From Podarcis liolepis (taxonomy: Eukaryota): a stretch of 64,000 bases of DNA. The DNA lies in the NCBI GenBank assembly GCA_965112155.1, contig OZ218101.1; one strand, written 5' to 3'. The position numbers and the translations under genes are program-made. Positions 25,016-38,013 of the stretch are shown one piece after another. Position 1 is the first letter of the stretch. Each line of letters opens with the position of its first letter. Under the pieces are notes generated by a model. It ran no database searches. It saw only the letters and a list, made by a program, of their open reading frames with translations, and was not told the origin of the DNA.

Positions 25016-26696
25016 AACCAGCATTAAAGGGTAGCAAAGAAAGGTTGAAGAAAATTTTAGTTGTGATAACAATTGGGAAATATGCCAGTTATAGAGACCC
25101 TATCACCCATTTATTAAAACAGTAATAATTTTGCCCCCATTAACCTGCACTGAATTATAAAGCTCTCATAATTAAATATACTTTAAATGCAAAATGATTA
25201 CTACAAGATTCCCAGATTAACACTCTTTGCTCTCGCACAGCATTTCCATGCTTTCCCCCACTAGTCTTATAAGGCTTCCCTCTTGTCTTAATTAGCATTG
25301 ACATTCCTGATGCTTTGGTGTTTATATGGTTTAGCAAGGAAATCTTTTTTTTTTTCTTTTTGAAAAGGGAAGGAATAAGTGATATAACCCCATTCATTCT
25401 TGAGTAATCAACCTTGTCCAAACATTAATTCTTTGTATGAATGAATGTAGAGGAAGCAGGGGATCAGTATCATGCCTCCTGAAGCTGTGCCTGACTCCCA
25501 TGTGTGTTTTTCTTAGTATCATTTACAACTGGCAATTAAAGAGGGAATGTGTTCGTTCGTTTTCATTTTAATAACTTATATGCTGCTTAATATAACACAA
25601 TCTCTAAGCAGTTCACACAAAGCACAACCAAAAAACCACAATCAATATGTGTGTGTGTGTGTGTGTCGTATCAAAATACAAAAATAATCCAGAAAAACAT
25701 TACGCAAAACATTAAAACAGAAATATGGAAGTTATGTCTGTGGGCTGCTTTGAAGAGAAGGCATAGTGAACCCATGTTCAAGCCCAACTTCACAAACCAT
25801 GGTTTGAATTTGGCTCAGTTCAAACAAGCCATAGTTGAGCTTAACTTCAGCGTACTGGTCAGTATGTCGGTGACAAAGTATGATTACTGAAAAACAGATG
25901 TGAAAGCTTCCAATCTATTCCTTGAAGCTGCAGGACAAGGGAAGCAGACAAACCTGGTTGAGTCATGACTTCCAAACCAGTTCATTACCAAAGGCTTACA
26001 AACTAAAAACCTTCCTGCACATAAGAAAAGTGGATGGAAGGAAGGGAGAGAGCAGTAGTGCCTAGTGGGGCTGTAGGTGAAGGGCTTCCTTGCTCTCCTG
26101 GCTTCCCAAAGCCACACACTGTTGCTGCTTGCCAAGAGGGAAAGGCTCAAGGCAGTTGGGGGCTTGGCACAGCAGCAGACCCAATCCGGTGCTCCAGCAA
26201 CTGTGCCTGCCTCACGCTGAGCTCTACACGTGGGAAGCCAGGACAGGATTCAGCCCAACCAGCTACTACTGGGAAAGAGAATATTATCGGTAATTATAAC
26301 AGCAGCACATCCATTCTATTATCGTTCACTTTTATTTAAAGAAAACCAAGCAAACATTTCTGGGAGGACTGAAGCAAATGGAAGAAAGCCCTACCTAAGC
26401 GGACAATGAAGAGCTGAGAGCTTTTATCTATCAAGCTTTAAACAGTACTCTTTCCGCCCCCAAAGGTTTGAAAAGGTAAGCAATTTGAGAGCAAAACAAT
26501 AGCGTGCAACAGTGGAAGGCAATTATGGAAATTAGTTCCATTGGAAGCAAGAGTTCAGAACAAAACCTTTTATTGAACAGTGGGATATTCAAGCAGACTA
26601 AAGTTTCTAAAAAGAGGCAGTACAAGAGGTATATCTATTTGCCATGAGCGTTTTGTTTATATAAAAAAAATCAATATCTCCACAAGTCTATCCAGG

Positions 26697-27386
26697 TGTT
26701 CTTGGGGTTTTACACAAACATTGTGTGGTTTTTATTCAACAGGTTGGGTATCTTTTTTGGCAAGTCCGTTTACTCTCTTCAGGCAGACGGCTTTGTGGGC
26801 AAGCCCCGGGCCTCCCGTGTGAACTGGCCTGTCACAGGCCAGATCGTCTTCCTGCAGCCGAATTGGCCAATGGTGACAGGAATTTAGTGGGCATTCCCCT
26901 GGGCATGATGCCAACTGACCAGTAGTGGGGCTTGACCCCGCGCCAAGGGCAAGGATAAATGCCCAGCCTGTAAGGCCTTTCAGCCTATTTCTCAGTGAAT
27001 CCATTATTCCACCCACTCTCCCTCAGATTTGGGTTCTTTTTGGATGGTACAACCTTACCATGGACAATGTTGGTCGCTGGATTTAGGGGCTGGGCAGGAA
27101 TTTTCCCCATCTGGCAAATTGGCCCCACCATTTGGGTTTTTGCCTACCTCATAGCAATCGTCAAAACTTCGTAAGGCGGGTGGGCATTGGGTAAGCCTAG
27201 TCTTAGTTGGAGAAGAGGTTGTAGTTTCCACCTGCCCCTCCATTGATAAGGGCATCCTGTTCAAAGGATCTGGGAGGAATGGCTCCTGTCCGATTCCCAG
27301 ATAGGGGCTACAGCCATACCACTCCTCCAACGAAGACCACTTGGGGGCACCCCAATTTGATGTAGGTCATAGGGCTCCCCCCTATT
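26697..27386 (-). mobile_element. Unclassified LTR-like element, one end missing
   Basis: Abrupt GC-richer block; minus strand ends AATAAAAACCACACAATGTTTGTGTAAAACCCCAAGAACA (polyA signal, then terminal CA); no matching TG end or TSD found. Confidence 0.45.
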
Positions 27387-29462
27387 CTAAATCAGATCAA
27401 ATGTCAATCCAGAGAAAACCCAAATTGCTGTTTGCTCAGATTGAGCGCTAAAGAGTGGTTTCTGCCGAGGAAAAGCAATGAGACTAGAAGTAGTGTGGAT
27501 AAGCCCTAAATTAGTCTTCCTGACTTGCCTTGTTAACTCTGTGACTTTGTTCCACAGACACTGATGCACCCCTAAACCATTTGATGGGTATAATTGGAAA
27601 GCTACTAGCAAGTGTACTTACTACTTAGTCTTCATGGTGGTTGCTCTTCCAGGACCACCTTCTTGGGATTAGTCTATATTTTGCTGACGACATACAGACA
27701 AAGGCATTAATTGCCTCGGCCTTTGTAAACTGCAAAAGAGCTCATTTAGCAGTTTAAAATGGGATCCAGATGCACCCACTCAGCATTTGCCTCGATAGCT
27801 TTTGGAGAGCAAGAATAGAGGCTTTAAGCAATAACTTTTTTGTGCTCATGGCAGGAGCCCAAGGTAATCTAGCATATAAAAATAATACTGATGAGTTCAT
27901 TATTTGGTATTTTCAGCCAACTGGGCTGTTTGTGCCCAAAACATTGTCTGCATGTTTTACAACTATGTAATTTTTTATTTTTTAAAAAAAAGAGAAAATA
28001 AAAACAGAGTAAGGTAACAAGCGAATGCTAAATTACTATCATCAGTTTTGTTGTTGTTGTTCATTTGTTTCTCCTGTACAGTACTTGGACAGACACATGG
28101 AAATGTCTTGACTAATATTCTAATTATTGACCTTTGTTTGTTCCTGTGGTACCAGTTGCACCATCAAACCTATTCCAAATGAAAAATAAGCCAGTATTTA
28201 CCCAATGCCAATTCGCCTGGTGTGGTCAATGAATTTCAGTGATGGTGGCTCGTCACACACACAAGTTAATGCCAATTCTATTTGCAACTGACTTTGTTGG
28301 TTCTGTAAACACATTTTAAACTGGGTGGAAAAGAGGTTGTGAGCTATTCATTGTGAGACTCAACCAAGTGTAATTTACAGCCCTTAAGGGTGTAACCATT
28401 CAAGGATTTCAGTCACTATTTGATTAAAATGTGTCAGTGCTATAGAATGTATCTCTTCTATCACCATTACAATTTATAGAAGAGTTACAATCAGTGCGAC
28501 TTTGGTATGAAATGCTATAGCAATCACAGTGACCTCCAACCCTTCATGATTGCTACTGTTGCTTTTCTTTGTCATTTTTCTTTGTTCTGTTTCTTTTTGT
28601 CTCCTTCCTTTTGTCTGCCTCTCTCCTTTAATTTAATGTAAGTGGTGGCTGGCAGCTGACTTGGAAGGCAAACATCTTAAAATAACATTGCCACGGTGCA
28701 AGGAAACGCCCGCAGGGATGCTGGACATTGGACAACCAATGTGAAGATAAGGTTATTTGTGGGTACAAAAGGGAAAAGTTAAGAGGTGACAGAAAACTGA
28801 TGGGGTGGTAAAAAAAAATAATCACCAAATGTTACTGAACAAATCCTGGAGTTTGTTACAGAATTTGGAAAGAAAGTATAAAAGTTATTAATAGATAGAC
28901 TGTAATTTCTGCATTCCTTATAAGTAACAATCTGCTTCTTTGCCATTCTAAATATTACTTTTACTGCTGAAATATGAAAGGGACAAAGGCTGCTTTTGGG
29001 CAACCTGTTTATTCAGCATTCATTCTGATTTGTTTGCAAGGAGGTTAGGTCATGATTGGCCAAGCAAGTGATAGTCCACATTTTCCAGTTCACTTTCCTT
29101 GTTGCAAAAATTTGATTTTTTTTAGGGAAGCTGGTTTGTTGCACAAGACCTCCCAATAAATTCTGATGGTGCAACCTGAATTTTCTGGTTTGTGATTAAG
29201 TTGTACGTACCTGAAAATAGCAACAGTCTAGAAGCACCCCCTAAATTAGGACTAATTCAATTAACTTGTTTAATAGAAACAGCACATGAATTTCAGAACA
29301 ATCTACATTCAGATGATTTGTTCAGATTCATCATTGCTGAAAGCAGCTTGCTCAGGTATAATAGTTTCATTTAGCCAATGGTTATTTGTGTAAATTATGT
29401 ATGTTCCTTCTAGTACTAACTAGAGTTTATAGTTAAATATAAGCTGGCTCTAACTCAAAGTA

Positions 29463-29631
29463 CCGTATTTTTCGCTCTATAACACGCACCCGACCATAAC
29501 ACGCACGTAGTTTTTAGAGGAGGAAAATCCGTAGGCATGCCACCCGTAGGCATTTCCTCCATAACACGCACAGACATTTTCCCTTACTTTCTAGGAGGAA
29601 AAAAGTGAGTGTTATGGTGCAAAAAATATGG
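29463..29631. mobile_element. Tc1/mariner (Tc2-like) MITE
   Basis: TIR CCGTATTTTTCGC / GCAAAAAATATGG, TA flanks; same TIR type as 4937-5436. Confidence 0.85.
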
Positions 29632-30590
29632 TAGGTGTTTTCTCCAGATTTTCACTTCCTTACCCATTTTAATAGGGATGTTAGCACAGTTATACCCCAC
29701 TCCAATAGTGGAGAAAAAAGATATTAATTTATTATCTGACTGACAAATAAAGAAACAGCAGCTTAACAAAGAATACCATCAAATAAACATTAAAAAAAAA
29801 TCAAACCAACACAGTGCCAATCTAAGCCTATTGCTCTAAACAAGATCAATTTCGTACAGCTAGATCACATATACAACTGACAACACATTTTAAATGTTAT
29901 TTTTCACCCTTCCTCCTATGGTTTGTGTAGAGATTAGGGAGGGAGAGATCTAATCTTTTAGATCTTCTGGATGACAGATCTTTCTTCATGCCTCCACTTG
30001 TCACCTGTGCCGGATTAAAACCCACCTCATCACAGATACATTTTACTAAGGAACATATTTCCCTATTATGTCTCTCTTTCTCGCTCTCGCTCTCTCTGAC
30101 TTCTTGGATTCCATAGCAGCATAGTAAGATTTTGTTTGACTTCATAAATGAAGTGTATTGAACTTTAAAGCCCACAAACCCTCTTGAAGGAACATTTAAG
30201 AGAAAAATGACTTATAACAGATTTTTGTTCTTCCCTTCTTCTGTTATTTTCCTCACATTGGTTCACATAGCAACAAATGGCATGTTTGTGCTGTTAAGCA
30301 GTGGTAATGCCATTAGCTCCACACCCAATGACATCACACAGAATGGGAATCTATGATACAAGTAATCATATGGCAGCAATTATGATTTTCATTGTCATAA
30401 GGAAAGCAGAATGGTATGATGCTTAAGGTCTTGGCCTTGGGCTAGGGTGTTCCAGGTTGAAATCACCATTCAGTCATGAATCTAAATGGATGACCCTGGG
30501 CCAATCATAGTCTTTCAGACTAATCTATCTCACAACATGTCCCTCCCCACTGCCTGGAGACCAGGGTAGGAGTTCATATGCATCACCTTA

Positions 30591-30953
30591 GGGACGCAGG
30601 TGGTGCTGTGCTCTAAACCACAGAGCCTAGGACTTGCCGATCAGAAGGTCAGCGGTTCGAATCCCTGCGACGGGGTGACCTCCTGTTGCTTGGTCCCTGC
30701 TCCTGCCAACCTAGCAGTTCGAAAGCACGTCAAAGTGCAAGTAGATAAATAGGTACCGCTCTGGTGGGAAGGTAAACGGTATTTCTGTGTGCTGCTCTGG
30801 TTTCCAGAAGCAGCTTAGTCATGCTGGCCACATGACCCGGAAAAACTGTCTGTGGACAAACGCCGGCTCCCTCGGGCAGTAAAGCAAGATGAGCGCTGCA
30901 ACCCCAGAGTCATGCGCGACTGGACTGTCAGGGGTGCTTTACCTTTACTTTAA
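30591..30953 (+). mobile_element. Sauria SINE, full length
   Basis: GGGACGCAGGTGG head, B box GGTTCGAATCC, (ACCTTT)n tail, TSD GCATCACCTTA (30580-30590, 30954-30964). Confidence 0.95.
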
Positions 30954-31238
30954 GCATCACCTTAAACCCATTGGAGGAAAGGCAATGCAGAAACATAATG
31001 AATGTAACAGCTTAATGAGGCAGCTTAATTACCTGTGTAAATTTTCTACTGTTTTCAGCTAAGTCCTAGACCTCACCAGATCCTGGACTTTCAGTGCAGT
31101 TTTCAGTGTAATCAGCTCTGCAGTACATGAAGAAAACCTCTCTTTCTTTACCAAGCAACTACAAACCGTATCTAATCACCCAGAGCAGCCTTCCTCAATC
31201 TGCTACTCTTAAATGTTTTAGACTACAACTCCTATAAT

Positions 31239-31387
31239 CAGTGCTTTTTTTCTTTTTAAAAAAATGTTTAGGGGTACTCTCATTTTCCTACTCATATTGA
31301 AATATTGCCCCTCAATGAGGCCAAACTTACATTCATAAAATGTTTAGGGGTATGCGTACCCCTGCATCACCCCAGAAAAAAGCACTG
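31239..31387. mobile_element. hAT MITE (CAGTGCTTTTTT family)
   Basis: TIR CAGTGCTTTTTT / AAAAAAGCACTG, perfect TSD CCTATAAT; inserted in an older MITE. Confidence 0.92.
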
Positions 31388-32688
31388 CCTATAATCCCAA
31401 CTATTGACCATGCTGGATGGGGCTGATTAGAGTTGCAAACAAAAATATTTGGGGGACACCAGGTTGGGAAAGGTGGTGGGTCAGAGTTTTCAAAACAGAG
31501 ATGATGACTCAAGCGCCAGAATTTCTCATTTTGGAAATCAGGAACCTATTTCATGATATACTATGTAGGTCCATTATGTCATTAGTTGTTTTTTTCTTAT
31601 TCTTTTCTTAAATTATCTTAATTGGTTTTAGAGAAAGCAAGACGTGGGTGAAATATAAAGAGGAAAATCACACTGAATAAACAACACAACCATTCAATCA
31701 ATGTCAGTTCCAAATTTCCCAAAGACATTACGATAATATGAACCACCATTTTCTTTCAAAGGGAAACAGCTTCCTTTTTCTAATTAGGGAAAATCAGAGC
31801 CAGAGTGGTATAATATTGTGTGGTGTAATGACTGAAGTGACAGGGAGACCCTGATTTAAATTTCTCTTCTGTTTTGAAGGCTGTGGGTGGCCTTGGGCAA
31901 GTCAATCTCTATCACTCTAACCTGCCTCATGGGTTTGTGAAGCGAAAGTGCCGGTTAACTGCTCAGAGGCCAGATGGATTGAAAATGGAATAGTTAACCC
32001 AGTTCAAAATGGTTCCATACCATAAGGATCCTGTCTGTAACTTTAAGAAAAGGGGTGTCTTCTGGGCTCCCTGCTGCTGAGCAAAAGGTCCACCCTTTGT
32101 TTCCACAAACGATGAAATATGGCAAATTGGGGGGATTCTTCTGCAGCAAAAAAAAAAAAAGTATTTATTTTATTGCTGAAAGATCCTTTCCCTCTTTAAT
32201 TAAAATAAATATTCATTTGTCTTATATTTCTGGAAACCACCTGGGTGTTTAGTGCATGTTTTTAGTTTTGTCCACTGGGATAAATTAGCCTACCACTGAG
32301 CTAAATGTGACTGCCCTATGCAAACATCCAGACCCACTGACTTCAAGAGTCTTTTTGGTTTTCCCACACAAGCAGAAAATCTGTACTGCATGTGTTTCAA
32401 ATGCTAGTTGTGGTCTTTTCTTGGAGTTCTATGAGTGAACTCCTAGGCATGTTTAACTCAGTTGTAGGTCCCACTGAGCTCAATGGGACTTACTCCCAAG
32501 TAAGAATGATTGTGATGGAACTGTGGTTTATAAAAATGGATGCAGCCTCAGGTGGAGAAGAACGACCCTTCCACAGGTAACGTGGTCTGAAGAACTTGTT
32601 TCTCAATTGCCATCTCTTGTATGGTTTTGTATGCTGCACTATTTATCTGATGCATAAACAATGTAGAGCTGGTGCATTGTTTAAATTA

Positions 32689-32823
32689 GGGGTAGGGAAC
32701 CTGTGGTCATTGAGATAGTGTTGGAATAAAGTCCCCATCAGCTCCAGCCAGCATGGCCAATGGTCAGGGATGATGGGAGTTGTGATACAACAACATCTGG
32801 AGCATGACAAGTTCCCCACCCTG
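32689..32823. mobile_element. Old high-copy hAT-like MITE (other degraded copies ~910-985, 12505-12630, 23290-23380, 33180-33290, 43400-43510, 51415-51505, 57370-57470, 58180-58250)
   Basis: TIR-like AGGGGTAGGGAAC / GTTCCCCACCCCT; recurring core CCCATCAGC.CCAGCCAGCATGGC..GATGGGAGTTGTAGTCC..CATCTGGAG. Confidence 0.7.
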
Positions 32824-34947
32824 ACTTAAGTAATATTTTTTAGTTCACACAAATTCCTTGTATCTGAAGGCAGTGAAAGCGTGTTAGTAAAACTGATAGG
32901 GACAGCTGAAACTGTGTGAACGATGTTAGTGATGACAGAGCCAAGGAATGACTACTAGATAGTTCCACATGGACTTCATCTAGATGAGTTGTTGTCTGTT
33001 CTGATGTCAAGGTGTCTATTTTCCTGCAAGCAATTTTTCCTTACACCAAATCATGACCTCTCACAGGTTATCCTTGATGCCTCTGTCTCCAGGACACCCC
33101 AGCTCCACAGAACTACTTAGGAAGGATGTTGTATCCTTTATTTGAAAAACAAATGGCTCCCCAGTGGCCTTTTATAACCTGGGGCCCTCCAGATCTTTTG
33201 GACTACAAGTCCCACCAGACCTGTCTAGAATGGTCAGTGCTCTGGGATGATGGGAACTGTAGTTCAAAACAGGTTGGGAAGGCTGCCTTGCCAGCTTTGT
33301 GTCTGGAGGAGACCTTGATACTTGCTTCTTTAAAAGGCCTTCTGAACCATCTGAACACCCCCTCTAAAGATAAGTTATATACCCCTGCTGTCCCTAAAAA
33401 GAGAAAAGGAATCTTAACAGCACCACATCCATGAGGAGAACCAAGATCGTGCATTTACTACATTCAGCAAAATAATAAAAAATGCGATCACTGTGCCCAT
33501 ACAGGAGCATATTTGAGTTCCTGAGCTTGTCAAAACTTCAAAACAAGGATCATTAAGACCTAACAGTGCAATCCCATGCATGTTTACTCAGAATCAACTC
33601 CTGCAGTGTTCATCAGGGCTTACTAGTTAGTGTGCTTAAGGATTACAGTCCAGCAGGATGGTCTCAATTCCTTCTTTTCTACAGCTACCCCAAGTCCTTC
33701 CTATACACATACAAGTTGCTTGCACTTCTACATCTATACTCGAGGTTGTTTGCCTTCCATGTTCACGACACTCAAAGGCCGCAGTTCGTATGAGATATGC
33801 AGTTCAGGGAGGACCTAAGTTTGTGAAGGAGTGTATGAGCTGTGCCTTGCAACCTTCACTTTTTATGACAAACAGGAACAATTGAAGGTCAAATGCTACC
33901 CCTTCTTTCTTTGATGTTTGCACAAGAATTCAAATGTCCAGGATTTAATTTTTTTAAATAAGCTTGTATTTGTGCTGAGTTTTACAAAAGTTATCTGGTT
34001 AAAATCAAACATCATCTCTGCTTCTCCAGTTCTCAGGAATTCTTCGTGAATTAATAAATGGTTGAAAAAGTTCCTTAATGCCAACTGAGTCTCTTGCAGA
34101 AGGAGTCAAGGTGAAAGATTTTCTGCTTGATCAAGAGAAGAAATGCACAATAAAATTTCTAACACCCATTCATTATCTGAAGCCAACTCTGCCCTTGAAG
34201 GGAGCCCCCAAAAAATCCACAAGAAGAATAGAAGGATTTAAAAGATACCATTCAGACCGCGTTGTAAACAGTTTAGGAGGCTATAGGCAAGGGTGACCTC
34301 TGCACACTGGACTTAAGAGTGATGAAACTGCTGGATGTTGAAGGGATCGGCAAGGAGGCACATTAAGGATAAACAAAACCCTGTGAGAGTTAAGGGAACT
34401 TTTATTTCAAAGGTCATTTGACAGTGTCAGTTCCCTGGCCTCTGGTCACTCACTATTGTTCCCCACAGTGACTGTCCATCTGTCTCAGACCCACAAAGGA
34501 CAAAATGGCATCTATCATTATTGATTACTTTAGGTTTTGAAGTGTTTTGTGAATTAGAGGCTGGTGCTGATGGAGGACAATGACTCTTGCTTAGGCTTTT
34601 TGGCTGAAGCTCCATGGGGTGCCTCGGGCACTTTCTTGGCTGGTCAATAGGGGCTTTTGAAGGCCGGCTGCACTGCAGCCAACACATGCCAAAGAAGAAG
34701 AGAATATTGCTGTCAGGGTCAGGTTTGTTTCAATGACAACTCAGGAAAGGGTGGCGGGGGGAGCGCATTTATAATTATGAGTCCCTCCATCTGAAATTTT
34801 GTGGCACCTCCAGTTTAATGAGACAACTACTGTATTAAATTTTTTATTAAAATGGTTGATAAATTGTGCTCCAGAAACTGAAACTCGGACTGTGTTTAGG
34901 GAAAGGGCACAAACATGAGCAATTGGAACATCACAAGCTGTTTATAG

Positions 34948-35094
34948 CAGTGGCGTAGCGTGGGTTGTCAGCACCCGGGGCAAGGCAAGTAATTTGCGCC
35001 CCCTAGCCCGTGGATTTGCGCCCCCTAACCCTAACCCCCAGATGTTGCGCCCGGTGCGGCCGGCCCCCCCTGCACCCCCCACGCTACGCCACTG
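34948..35094. mobile_element. Young hAT MITE
   Basis: 17-bp perfect TIR CAGTGGCGTAGCGTGGG, perfect TSD GTTTATAG. Confidence 0.93.
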
Positions 35095-35612
35095 GTTTAT
35101 AGTCAGATTGCCTTTATTAATTTTATGTTTTATGTTTGCAGGGCAGTTTGCAAACTTAAAGAGCAATTACAAAATATCTATCCAAACATCAGTTAATTTA
35201 GAAACGGCATCCTACCAGAATGCAGCAATGCAGCAGAACAACACAACAAAAAATTGGGGTGCTGCCAGGTCTGAGGGCACTCTGGGAAAGGTGACTTCCA
35301 GCCCTGCCAAATTACTCAGCCCACCACGTTTTGCTCCTGCAGCTGGCTCTGTGGCATCATTTGGGGACAGGCATGTACACCATGGGCTGCTAGATTCAGG
35401 CTCTGTCGTTTGGCCCTCTGGTCTGGAAGGACCCTACCACATAAACCAAATGAACTGGTCACAAGCAGTAAGGGCCTCAGACTCTCCAGTCTCTACTGCC
35501 ACCTGGGAATCCAGAAGCAATGCTGGGTTTCCCACATCAATCAGGCCCTCCATCATGGACAGTTCCGTCTTGCCTGCCTTGCTCCTGTAGTCAGGCAGTG
35601 ATTTGGATCTCC

Positions 35613-36286
35613 CAGTGCTTTTTTCCAGGGGGTACTCAAGGGTACAAAGGACTGGCACCTCTTTTTGTTGTTGTTAAAAAGTGTGGCACTTACACTGTAA
35701 CAAATTCTTTTTTAAAAAAAATTAAACAATTTCAACATATCAAATCATATAATCACATACATTATTTCCCCCCTTTCCCCCCTTCCACCCCCCCGAGACT
35801 TCCCTGAGCTCCTCCCTCTGATTTCTCTGTACATATTGTTCTCTGCATGTTATAAAATTATACATATCCTTACACTGTCTATCCATCATGTTATCAACCA
35901 ATAAATTTGTGTATGTTTATTCAAAACCTGCCAGGGAGTCCAGTTCATTTTGTTGTCTTTTTAGATAATTTGTGAATAGCTTCCATTCTTCCTTAAAGTC
36001 ACAGTTGTCCTTGTCCCACAATTTGTATGTCAATTTAGCGTAGCTCATCCACTTTTCTTGCCACTGTTCTTTCGTAGGGATTTCCTCATTCTTCCATCCT
36101 TGTGCTATCAAGACTCTTGCTGCTATTGTGGCATACATAAATAGATTATTTGTTTTTCTTGGCAGGTCTTGTCCTACAATCCCTAACAAAAATGCTTCTG
36201 GTTTTTTTTTTACAAAAGTGTGGCACTTACACTGTAACAAATTCATGGTGAGTACCAGCACATCTTTTTCTAGAAAAAAGGCACTG
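35613..36286. mobile_element. hAT MITE (CAGTGC-TIR type) interrupted by an L1
   Basis: Termini CAGTGCTTTTTT / AAAAAAGGCACTG, degenerate TSD GGATCTCC/GGACTTCC. Confidence 0.8.
35708..36213 (-). mobile_element. 5'-truncated L1-clade LINE (ORF2 C-terminus and 3'UTR)
   Basis: Translates PEAFLLGIVG..MYATIAARVLIAQGWKNEEIPTKEQW..EEWKLF; G-rich 3'UTR and A-rich tail; flanked by a 31-bp direct repeat. Confidence 0.85.
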
Positions 36287-36479
36287 GGACTTCCTAATTT
36301 TGTCCTCTGGATATCAGCTCCTGAGGATAACAAGTGGAAGAGGACATTTGTGCACATTCTGCCTCTGAGTTTCCCGTAGACATCTCATTGGTCCTGTATG
36401 AACGGAATGCTGAACTAGCTAGGCCTTTGGTCTGATCCCATAGGATTTATGTCCTGCTCCTTAGCCCAAATTAAATAAA

Positions 36480-36831
36480 GGGACGCAGGTGGCGCTGTGG
36501 GTTAAACCACAGAGCCTAGGACTTGCTGATCAGAAGGTCAGCGGTTCAAATCCCCGCGGCAGGGTGAGCTCCCTTTGCTTGGTCCCTGCTCCTGCCAACC
36601 TAGCAGTTCAAAAGCACGTCAAAGTGCAAGTAGATAAATAGGTACCTCTCCGGAGGGAAGGTAAACGGCGTTTCCATGCGCTGCTCTGGTTCGCCAGCAG
36701 CGGCTTTGTCATGCTGGCCACATGACCCGAAAGCTGTACGCCAGCTCCCTTGGCCAATAAAGCGAGATGAGTGCCGCAACCCCAGAGTTGGTCATGACTG
36801 GACCTAATGGTCAGGGGTCCCTTTACCTTTA
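36480..36831 (+). mobile_element. Sauria SINE, full length
   Basis: Head, B box and ACCTTT tail; TSD CCTTAGCCCAAATTA (36459-36473, 36832-36846). Confidence 0.95.
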
Positions 36832-37978
36832 CCTTAGCCCAAATTAGTCCGGGTTGATTTTGCAGATATCTGGAGGACCACAGGCTCTCCACCCGTGCTA
36901 TAAGTGCTCCAATGCTTTTTGTCAGAAGGCATGTGGTACATTTAGCCACTTTGGGGCGTTTTTCTCACTGTCCGTTGCTGTTTTATGATTTTATCTTACT
37001 CGGTATTTTTAAATCTTCTATGCTGGCTTGACATTGGGAAAGCAATCTATGCATATTTTAAATAAACCCCTAACCTTGAGACCTTGTGTACCATCTTAGC
37101 TGTTCCCATGGGCTTACGTGGGAAGAAGGACTAATCTTTAGATCCTCTTCCTCAGCAGAAAATTATTTGCTCACCCTACCCAACACCCTTTATATACCGC
37201 AAAGTGGTTTGCTGATTTAACAGGGAGGAATCTTGAATCTTTCTCTCCCCTGATGGTCTTGATGATGTGCCTGGTTCCCTGACCTCGGAAATATGGCCAT
37301 TATCAATTTCCTTTCTTTGTTTCATATCCATTGAGCAAGGGAGAAGATTATTACTGAATGTTGTTCTTGGTTTTATTACATCAATCATTAATTTATTATT
37401 TATGCAACTCTGAAACTCTTCTCTGAGGTGGCTATTTCTGTTCTGAAATGGACTGCATCAAAACCTTGTGCAAAAAAAGAAGAATAAAAGAAATGTTATT
37501 AGTGTTGCTCAATAACATAGACAAAATTGTCAATGACATTTCTTCCTGACTGAAGATTAGGAAGCAAATGTGACCTCCTGATTTGGTTTTTTTTTTCTCC
37601 TCAGGAGAGAGTCTGGGAACAAGAAAAAACCTACTTATAGTGCCTGAAGTGCATGATTCAGTACAGTTACATTACAGCAAATGTTGGTTTATCTGTTCCA
37701 TTTTAGTTCCATTTATTATGAACATTACTCCTATTAGACTTATGGTTGTTGGGGGGAGGAATTCTATATTATTTACATGCCATTGTGTTAATTATTATGT
37801 AAAATTGCTTTACATCCACCCTTGTTGACTCGTAATGGTTATGCAACTTTAAATAGTTTGTGATAATCTTTAATTTCACCTTTTCCAGCAATCAAAACAT
37901 GCCTGGAAGGCAGCAAAGCTATTCAAGGCTGGATGAAATCTTTTATATATGTTGATTACTTGCATGTTCAAAGCATTT

Positions 37979-38013
<35 letters not shown>

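Noticed and set aside
26750-26790. Hammerhead ribozyme (minus-strand CTGAAGA..AGT..ACT)
   Set aside because: The required GAAA after stem II is missing (reads TGCCAAAA) and no stems I or III were found
26697-27386. Endogenous hepadnavirus or other viral coding fragment
   Set aside because: No viral protein motif recognised in the listed ORFs; kept only as an unclassified LTR-like element
34994-35590. 198-aa ORF
   Set aside because: Starts inside a hAT MITE at a non-ATG codon, runs into repeat-derived sequence and has no recognisable domain
36608-36949. Recurring peptide GTYLSTCTLTCF in several ORFs (also 49299 and 62474), suggesting a gene family
   Set aside because: All are antisense translations of Sauria SINE copies
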